A DNA stretch of 64,000 nucleotides. Origin: Vicinamibacteria bacterium. GTDB lineage: Bacteria; Acidobacteriota; Vicinamibacteria; Marinacidobacterales; Marinacidobacteraceae. The notes beneath the pieces were generated by a model, which worked only from the letters and a program-made list of their open reading frames with translations, did no database searches and was not told the origin of the DNA. The position numbers were made by a program, and so were the translations under genes. Each line of letters begins with the position of its first letter. Within the stretch, counting starts at the first letter, position 1. The stretch is from the NCBI GenBank assembly GCA_963555995.3, contig OY821641.1, forward strand, positions 3,264,001 to 3,328,000, read 5' to 3'. Shown piece by piece: positions 56,783 to 64,000 of this stretch.

Positions 56783-59700
56783 CTATCCGGGCCAGTGCCG
56801 CTTGCGCTGGAACGGATACGTCGGGCTCCGGAGCCGCCGGCGGCGTTCCCCCGCGAACAGTCCCGGGAAGGAAACCCCGAAGCCGGCCTCGTACGCCGTC
56901 CCTACGGCGGCCACGAACGAAACGCTCTCGCTCGATGCCGAAGCGAACGGGCTCGGCACGACGGCCGGCCGCGTCTTGCCGAAGGCCTTCCCGATGTCCT
57001 CGTGCGCGAACCCGGCCGGTCCGATCTCCACCAGCGTCCGCGCGCCCGCAGCGGCGAGTCCCGCGAGCATGCTTGGCAGGGACGCCGGACGCCGCACCGC
57101 CCGGCTCCATACATCCGGTTCCGGAGCCCGCGCTTCCATCCATTCCGCCGTCGCCGGATCCAGCAACGGCAGAGCCGGCGCGGTGATCTCCAGTCCCGCC
57201 AGGTCCCTCTCCACGGATTCCGGCGACATCGCGTCCGCATGAGCCAAGCGGCGCGCCGCGAACCGCATCGCGGCCTCGGCGGGGAAGACACCCGCCGCCG
57301 CCGCCGCCGCGAGCGCGCCCGGACCGCAGCCGGCCACCACATCGGGCCGGATCCCCAGGCTCGCCCACAGCGCGGTGAGCGCCGCGCCGAGCGCAACGGA
57401 CGACGACGCCGCCCATTGCGGACCGGACCGCATTTCGCCTCCGGACTCCCCGAACAGGTTCTCCAGCAGCGAGACGCCGCGCTCCTCCCGGAAGATCCGC
57501 TCGCACCGGTCGAGCGCAGCGCGCGCCACGGGCTCGCCGGAGTACAGCTCGCGGCCCATCCCGGCCTGCGGAACGCCACCGAAGAGGAACGCCACCTTCC
57601 CCGGGCGTCGGGACCGGACACCGCGCTTGCCCTTCGAGACCAACGCGAGTTCCCGGTCCAGAGATTCCAGATCGGCCGCCACCAGCCCTGCACGCCACGC
57701 CAGGTGGCTGCGCCCGACGCCGGCGGTCCACGCGAGATCCGCCAGCAGCTCGCTGTCGGAAGCCAGGGCCCCGTTCCGGGCTGAGAGCCACGACCGGTAC
57801 CGGCCGGCCAGGTCCGCGAGAGCGGCCCGCGTCCTCCCGGACAGCGGGAACACCCGGGCCGGGCGTTCAGGCGGCGCCGCCGCAGCGGCGGGCGCCAGCT
57901 CGGGAGGGGCGGCCACCACGACTCCGCGGGCGTGCGCCGGCGCGCGGTATTCCTCCAGGACGAGGTGCGCGAGCGTCCCCGAGAAACCGAACGCGCTCAC
58001 CGCAGCGCGCCGCGGGCGATCCGGACGGTCCGGCCAGGCCGACCCCTCGGAGACGACCCGCAGCGGAAGCCCGTCCCAGTCCACCTGCGGGTTCGGTTCG
58101 TGGAAGTGCAGGTGCTTCGGAATCCAGCGGTGCGCCAGGGACTGGATCACCTTGATCACCGCCGCCGCGCCCCCGGCAGCCTCCAGGTTGGAGACGTTGG
58201 ACTTCACCGAACCCAGCAGCAGCGGCCGGTCCGGAGTCCGTCCCCGCCCGTACACGGCAGCCGCCGCTTCCAGTTCGATCGCGTCGCCGGCCAGGGAACC
58301 CCCACCATGCGCCTCGAGATAGTCCACCTCCGCGGGCGACACCCCGGAACGCGACAACGCCTCCAGCAGCACCCGTTGCTGGGCCGGCTGGTTCGGCACC
58401 GTCAAACCGGACGTCGCGCCGGCCTGGCGGAACGCGGAACCGGTGAGGACCGCCGCAATCGCATCGCCGGCCGCCTCCGCGTCCTCCAGGCGTTTCAGCA
58501 CCAGTACTCCGCAGCCCTCCCCGACCCCGAAGCCGTCGGCGGCCGCGTCGAACCCCCGGCACCGACCATCCGGAGACAGGAACCCCGCCTTGCGGAACCC
58601 CCGATAATGGGCGGGGTCCAGAACCGTGTTGACCCCGCCGGCCAACGCAAGGTCCACCTCCCGCCGCTCGAGCCCCACCACCGCGTGATGCATCGCGACC
58701 GCCGCGGAGGAACAGGCCGTTTCCACCGCCAGCGCGGGCCCGTCAAGACCCAGGAAGTAGGCCAACCGGTTCACCGTGCCGCTCGGGCTGTTGCCCAGAT
58801 ATTGGTAGATCGGAAGGACGTAGTCCTCCCGCCGGCCGAGCACGGAGCCGTACTCGTTGAGCCCAACCCCCGCATAGACCCCGGTCCGGCTGCCCCGCAG
58901 CGTGCGGGGATCCATCCCCGCGTGCTCCAGGGCGGTCCAGGCGACCTCGAGGAGCATCCGCTGCTGGGGATCCATGTATCGCGCTTCCGCCGCCGGGAGT
59001 CCGAAAAAGCCGGCATCGAGGCAATCCACCCCGGGCACGTAGGCAGCCGGGAAGCGCTCGTCCTCGATGCCGGGCAGGGGCTGGGGCCGTCCCTCCGTCA
59101 CCGCCTCGCGCCCCTCGCGCAACATGCGCCAGAAGGCCGCCAGGTCCGGCCCGCCGGGCAGCCAGGCCGCCATCCCGACCACCGCGATCCGGCCACTGTC
59201 CGGCGCGACCTGCGGCGCCAGCGCCGCAGGCGTCGCGGCCGGCGCCTCGTCCGGGAACAGTTGCGTTTCGAGGTGCTCCGCAAGCCGGTTCACGTCGGGA
59301 AAGTCGAACACGGCCGTGTTCGAAACCGGCGTGCCGGGAAACGCCCGATTCAGCCGGTCGCGCAGTGCGACGGCCATGAGGGAATCCATTCCCAGCTCGT
59401 TGAAGCCGACGTCCGGCTCCGGCAGTGAAGAAAACCGCAGCACGGAGCGCACTTCGCCCTGCAGGAACTCCAGCAGGATTCCGGACCGTTCGGAGGGCAG
59501 GGCCTTTTCCAGGCGGGGGAAGGGGCTCGCCGCCGCGACGCTCTCGCCGCGCCGGGCCTCTTCCAGGATCTCGTCCAGCAGGGCCGGTCCGGACGGCAGC
59601 GCCGGCCAGTCCACCGAGACCACCACACTCGTCCCGATGTCCTCCCGCACGAGCCGCGAAAGCGCCGAGAGGCCCCGTTCGGGCGAAATCCAGCCTTCGC

Positions 59701-62700
59701 CGTACTCGTCGAGTCTGGTCCCGATCCGCGCCCGCGCCTCCTCCGCGAGCCCCGCGCCCGACCAGGCGCCCCACGCAATCGCCTGGCCAGGAAGTCCCAG
59801 CGCGCGACGGTGGCGCGCCAACTGATCCAGAAACGCGTTGGCGGCGGCGTAGTTGGCCTGCCCCGGGTTCCCGAGCACGCCCGCCGCGCTCGAAAACAGC
59901 ACGAACAGGTCCAGGTCGCGATCCCGAGTGGCCCGGTGCAGGCGCCACGCCCCCAGAACTTTCGGCCACAGCACCTCCTGAAAGCGTCCCCAGTCCTGGT
60001 TCGCCACCGCTCCATCCGACAACACGCCCACCGTGTGCATCACTCCGGCGAGTGGCGGCAACCCCGCCTCCACTCGAGCCAGCATCGCTTCCACCGCCGC
60101 CCCGTCCGTCACGTCCGCAAGCTCCACCCGCACGTCCACACCCTGCGCGCGCAACTTCGCAATCGACTCCGAGGCCCGCGCCGAGGGCGCCCGGCGGCCG
60201 TTCAGCACCACCGCGCCGGCGCCCCGTTCCCCGAGCCACCGGGCCACTTCCAGGCCGATCCCGCCGAGCCCCCCCGTCACCAGGTAGCTCCGGTCTTCAC
60301 GCAGACGGCCCGTCGCCATCGCCGAGGGCGACAGCACCAACTTCCCGACGTGCCGCCCGTCCCGCATGGTTTCCAGCGCGGAGCCCGCCTCCGACAGCGG
60401 CCACCGCGTGAACGGAAGCGGGGCCAACTCTCCCGACGCGATCCGCGCCAGGACCGAGCGAAGCACCTCGCGCACGCGCGCCCGATCCTCCTGAAGCAAC
60501 CGGTCCAGCGCCAGCACCCAATACGCCACGTCCGGCCGGGACGCCTCCATCTCCGCCGCGCTCCAGATCCCCCGCTTCCCGAGCTCGACGAAGCGCCCCC
60601 CCTCGGCAAGGCACGACAGGCTCGCCTCGATGAATCCCTCTCCCGTCAGGCTGTTCAGGACCATCGAGACCCCACGCCCCCCCGTCGCTTCCCGAACTTC
60701 CGCACCGAAGCCGGTCCCCCGACTGTCGAACACCCCACGAACTCCCAGCGAGCGCACGTACTCCTGCTTCGGTGCGCTTGCGGTCGCCAACACCCGAAGC
60801 CCCGCCGCCCGCGCCAACGCCGTCGCCGCGTGCCCCACTCCCCCGGCGCCCGCATGGATCAGAATCGAGTCTCCGGAATCCAGGCGCCCGAAATCCAACG
60901 CCAGCGCCGCCGTCACGAACGCCACGGGTACCGTCGCGAGGGCGAGCGGAGAAACCCCGGCCGGCGCCGGAACGACCAGGTCCGCGAGCGTCACCGCCTC
61001 CGGACCGAAAGCACCCGCCGCGAATCCCACCACCCGCTCGCCGATCGCCAGGTCCTCCACCTCCGGACCCACCGCGAGCACCCGGCCGCACAGCTCCCCT
61101 CCCAAGGTCGGCGCCGCATCCACGAGCCCCATCCCCAGCAGCACATCCAGGAAGTTGACCCCTGCCGCCTCCACGGCAACCCGGATCTGCCCCGGACCGA
61201 GTTCCGCCGCCGGCGCATCGTCCACCCGCAAGCGGTCCAGCCCTGCGCTCCCGTCCGGCGCGAAACGCCACACCCCCTCCTCCGGAAGATCCACCCGCCG
61301 CGGGACGCGCACGAGTCGCGCTACCCGTCGCGTTCCGCCGCGCCACGCCACGCGCGTCTCCCGGTCGGGGCGGAGCAGTTCGTCCGCCAGCGCGCCAACC
61401 GCCGGCGCACCAGCCGGATCCAGGTCCAGCAGCCGCGGCCGCAGGTCCTCATGCTCGAGTCCCGCGGCGGCCCCGAATCCCCACAGCGCGGCCCCGGCCA
61501 GCGCACCCGCCGTCTCCCGTTCCACCACCTGAGCGCCACGGGTCACGAACCAGACCCCGGACTCCGGCCAGGTCCCGGCATCCGACAGTCCCTGCACCAT
61601 CACGAGCGCTCCCGAACCGACCGCATCCAGTTCCCCCGCCAGCCCGGACACCGACAACTCCGACCCGTCCTCCCGAACCGCGTCCAGATGCACCACCCCG
61701 CGCAGCGGCAACTCGTCCGGGAGCGATTCGAAGAATTCCCGCCAAGCTTCGCGCCCCCCGGTCCGGGGGCCAACGACGACCTGCTGGTCGCGTCGCGACA
61801 GTTCCGCCGACAGGTCCGCCGCCACCGCGCCACCACCCGACAGCACGAACAATCCCGGCGCGGCGGCCTCCGGCACCGGACTCTCCGTCAGCGACGGCGC
61901 CTCCCGCCACTGCAGCTCGTACAGCAAACGGCCAACTCCCGATCCCAGCAGGGCCGCCCGGCTCGCCTGTTTCAGGGTGAAGCCGTCCACGCCGCCCAGC
62001 GCGGCACCCGCCGGCGAGTAGAACGCCAGGTCCGCCTTGCGTATCCGTCCGGCCCCTTCCCGGAAGCGCGCATGGCACCAGACCCGCTCCGGCAGCGGAC
62101 CGCGCAGCCAGAGCCGATCCCACCCGAACGGAAGCCAGACCCCGGCATCGGCCGTCAACTCCGACCCGCCGGCCAGCACCTGGAAACAGCCGTCCAGCAG
62201 CGCCGGAGGCGCCACCAGTTCCGCCCGTTCCGCCTCCTCCGGTAGCGCCACCTCGCCGACCGCCTCTCCGGCGCCGGCCCACAGTCCTTCCAGTACCTGG
62301 AATGCGGGACCGTAGCCGATCCCCATGGTTGCGAGACGCCGATACGTCTCCGCAGGTTCCAGCGGAGCGAACCGTGCCGTGAGCTCCGCCAGCGCGACCG
62401 CCGCCGCGTCCCCGAGCGTGGCGGCGGCCCCGCCTTCCGCGTGCAGTTCCCACGACGAGTGCGGGTCGGGCCTCCGGCTGACCACCTCGAAGCGGTCCTC
62501 GGGGGACAGCACCACCTGCACCGTCCGCAGCTCGTCTCCGGAAAAGACGAGCGGCTGGTGGATCTGCGTTTCGCCCAGCGATACGCCCGGACCCCGCCCG
62601 GCGGCCCGCAGCGCTTCGAACGCCTGCGACGCATAGAGCGCCGCCGGCGCCACGGCCTCGCCATACACCCGGTGGTCTCCCAGCCATGCCGGATCACCGG

Positions 62701-64000
62701 ACCGGAACTCGGTCTCGAAGGATGCCTCTCCACCACGGGAGTCGCGCCGTGTCCCGAGCAGCGGATGTCCCGCCTCGCGGAAGCGGCGCCCGGAACCCGG
62801 CAGCCAGTGCCGTTTTCGCTGGAACGGATAGGTCGGGAGCGAAAGCCGACGCCGATGCTCCCCGGTGAACAGACCCGCGAACGAAATCTCGAGCCCCGCC
62901 TCGTACGCGGCCGCCACCGCGGTCACGAAGTCGCCGCCCCCACCGCGGCCAATCCCCGGCACCACGGTCGGCCCCTCTTCCGTCGGCCACTCCCGCAACG
63001 CCATTTCTCCCAACAACCCGGTCGGACCCACTTCCACCAACACCCCCACTCCCAGCTCCGACAAACTCGCCACGGCCGTCTTGAAGCGCACTGCTTCCGT
63101 CGCCTGACGACGCCAGTACGCCCCCGCTGGAACCTCGGTCACGAGCCGCCCGCTCGCTCCACCAATGAACGGAACCGCCGGCGCGCGGACGTCTCCCAGC
63201 GACTCCTCCGCCGGCAGCGACCCCATCGGAGCGCCCCGACGCGCGGCGAACCGCAACCCGGCCTCCAGGTCGAACACCCCGGCGGCCCGCGCCGCCGCAA
63301 CCTCCCCCGCGCCGTACCCGAACACCGCGGCCGGACGCACCCCCACGCTCACCCACAGCGCGGTCAGCCCGCTCTCCAGCGCGTAGAGCGCCGGTTGGGC
63401 CCACTCGGTCCGCTCCGGACCTTCCGCCTCCCCGAGCAGTACGGCCCGCAGCGAACCTTCGCGCTCCCTCCGGAGAGCCGCGTCGCACCGATCCACGACC
63501 TCCCGGAACACCGGTTCGGAGGCATAGAGCTCGCGGCCCATCCCCGCCCACGCACTGCCTTCGCCGGGATACAGGAAGCCGACCTTTCGCGTTTCGGTCG
63601 CCGCCGTTCCTGCGGCGCTCCGCTCCACCTGCTCCAGACGTTCCCGGAGCGCCCGCAGATCGTGGAACACGACGCCCGCCCGATGGCTGAAATGGCTCCG
63701 GCCCGTTCCCGCCGTCCACGCCACGTCGGCGAGCGGCGACTCCTCCGAGAGCCAGCCTCGGTATCGCCCCGCCAACTCGGCCAGTGCCTCCGCCGACTTC
63801 GCGGAAAGGGGTAGCAGGCGCGTCGCGCGGGGCACGTCCGGCGGCGCAACTTCCGGCGGTTCGGCGTAACCCTCCGCGATGACGTGCGCGTTCGTTCCCG
63901 AGACGCCGAAAGAGCTCACCGCCGCCCGCGGGGGCCGATCGGCAGCCACCGGCCAATCCGCGGCCTCCGCAACGACCCGCACCGGAAGACGATCCCAGTC
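56783..64000 (-). CDS. Type I PKS, 3' part (KS end-AT*-DH-ER-KR-ACP-KS*-AT*), SupA-like; 5' end outside the window
   Basis: [11 protein letters not shown]; [12 protein letters not shown] and DGCFQ; [10 protein letters not shown]; [10 protein letters not shown] and YAAAN; ACP GMDSL; KS TACSS; both AT sites lack GHSxG. Confidence 0.92.
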   Translation of the reverse strand, partial: DWDRLPVRVVAEAADWPVAADRPPRAAVSSFGVSGTNAHVIAEGYAEPPEVAPPDVPRATRLLPLSAKSAEALAELAGRYRGWLSEESPLADVAWTAGTGRSHFSHRAGVVFHDLRALRERLEQVERSAAGTAATETRKVGFLYPGEGSAWAGMGRELYASEPVFREVVDRCDAALRREREGSLRAVLLGEAEGPERTEWAQPALYALESGLTALWVSVGVRPAAVFGYGAGEVAAARAAGVFDLEAGLRFAARRGAPMGSLPAEESLGDVRAPAVPFIGGASGRLVTEVPAGAYWRRQATEAVRFKTAVASLSELGVGVLVEVGPTGLLGEMALREWPTEEGPTVVPGIGRGGGGDFVTAVAAAYEAGLEISFAGLFTGEHRRRLSLPTYPFQRKRHWLPGSGRRFREAGHPLLGTRRDSRGGEASFETEFRSGDPAWLGDHRVYGEAVAPAALYASQAFEALRAAGRGPGVSLGETQIHQPLVFSGDELRTVQVVLSPEDRFEVVSRRPDPHSSWELHAEGGAAATLGDAAAVALAELTARFAPLEPAETYRRLATMGIGYGPAFQVLEGLWAGAGEAVGEVALPEEAERAELVAPPALLDGCFQVLAGGSELTADAGVWLPFGWDRLWLRGPLPERVWCHARFREGAGRIRKADLAFYSPAGAALGGVDGFTLKQASRAALLGSGVGRLLYELQWREAPSLTESPVPEAAAPGLFVLSGGGAVAADLSAELSRRDQQVVVGPRTGGREAWREFFESLPDELPLRGVVHLDAVREDGSELSVSGLAGELDAVGSGALVMVQGLSDAGTWPESGVWFVTRGAQVVERETAGALAGAALWGFGAAAGLEHEDLRPRLLDLDPAGAPAVGALADELLRPDRETRVAWRGGTRRVARLVRVPRRVDLPEEGVWRFAPDGSAGLDRLRVDDAPAAELGPGQIRVAVEAAGVNFLDVLLGMGLVDAAPTLGGELCGRVLAVGPEVEDLAIGERVVGFAAGAFGPEAVTLADLVVPAPAGVSPLALATVPVAFVTAALALDFGRLDSGDSILIHAGAGGVGHAATALARAAGLRVLATASAPKQEYVRSLGVRGVFDSRGTGFGAEVREATGGRGVSMVLNSLTGEGFIEASLSCLAEGGRFVELGKRGIWSAAEMEASRPDVAYWVLALDRLLQEDRARVREVLRSVLARIASGELAPLPFTRWPLSEAGSALETMRDGRHVGKLVLSPSAMATGRLREDRSYLVTGGLGGIGLEVARWLGERGAGAVVLNGRRAPSARASESIAKLRAQGVDVRVELADVTDGAAVEAMLARVEAGLPPLAGVMHTVGVLSDGAVANQDWGRFQEVLWPKVLGAWRLHRATRDRDLDLFVLFSSAAGVLGNPGQANYAAANAFLDQLARHRRALGLPGQAIAWGAWSGAGLAEEARARIGTRLDEYGEGWISPERGLSALSRLVREDIGTSVVVSVDWPALPSGPALLDEILEEARRGESVAAASPFPRLEKALPSERSGILLEFLQGEVRSVLRFSSLPEPDVGFNELGMDSLMAVALRDRLNRAFPGTPVSNTAVFDFPDVNRLAEHLETQLFPDEAPAATPAALAPQVAPDSGRIAVVGMAAWLPGGPDLAAFWRMLREGREAVTEGRPQPLPGIEDERFPAAYVPGVDCLDAGFFGLPAAEARYMDPQQRMLLEVAWTALEHAGMDPRTLRGSRTGVYAGVGLNEYGSVLGRREDYVLPIYQYLGNSPSGTVNRLAYFLGLDGPALAVETACSSAAVAMHHAVVGLERREVDLALAGGVNTVLDPAHYRGFRKAGFLSPDGRCRGFDAAADGFGVGEGCGVLVLKRLEDAEAAGDAIAAVLTGSAFRQAGATSGLTVPNQPAQQRVLLEALSRSGVSPAEVDYLEAHGGGSLAGDAIELEAAAAVYGRGRTPDRPLLLGSVKSNVSNLEAAGGAAAVIKVIQSLAHRWIPKHLHFHEPNPQVDWDGLPLRVVSEGSAWPDRPDRPRRAAVSAFGFSGTLAHLVLEEYRAPAHARGVVVAAPPELAPAAAAAPPERPARVFPLSGRTRAALADLAGRYRSWLSARNGALASDSELLADLAWTAGVGRSHLAWRAGLVAADLESLDRELALVSKGKRGVRSRRPGKVAFLFGGVPQAGMGRELYSGEPVARAALDRCERIFREERGVSLLENLFGESGGEMRSGPQWAASSSVALGAALTALWASLGIRPDVVAGCGPGALAAAAAAGVFPAEAAMRFAARRLAHADAMSPESVERDLAGLEITAPALPLLDPATAEWMEARAPEPDVWSRAVRRPASLPSMLAGLAAAGARTLVEIGPAGFAHEDIGKAFGKTRPAVVPSPFASASSESVSFVAAVGTAYEAGFGVSFPGLFAGERRRRLRSPTYPFQRKRHWPG

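Noticed and set aside
59425-63956. Long antisense and alternative-frame ORFs over the PKS
   Set aside because: Expected shadows of a high-GC coding sequence; no motifs.

Overview
A very GC-rich bacterial chromosomal window. An Acidobacteriota-like, possibly sponge-associated host is an inference from the Sup-like ACP and PKS. Contents in order: a partial stand-alone ACP missed by the ORF track; a Tat-exported DSD1-like PLP enzyme; a quinohemoprotein amine dehydrogenase cluster (qhpA-D-C-B-F-E, no qhpG); an FdhF/YdeP oxidoreductase, mobA and alkaline phosphatase; four tandem secreted paralogs with a constant scaffold and a variable loop; thiI and two tRNAs; catabolic and transport genes; an intact IS21 inserted in a REP tandem; a ~15 kb defence island (C5-MTase/ParB-like/putative nuclease trio, two-MTase NPPF+NPPY type I R-M, an unknown accessory gene, two TA pairs); a hierarchical 32/33-bp tandem array; a CMD-arsS-ADH-2xMTase operon; tRNA-Pro/Arg/His with rdgB-rph-GerMN-amidase; ino1; a ferredoxin-domain protein; and the 3' part of a type I PKS with degenerate AT and KS domains. 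Intergenic regions carry a modular REP/MITE family. The best candidates for undescribed systems are the MTase-ParB-nuclease trio (29860-32921), the phased repeat array (45086-45487), the cargo-carrying MITE family and the variable-loop paralog array. All calls come from reading motifs by eye; no searches were run and several start codons are uncertain.
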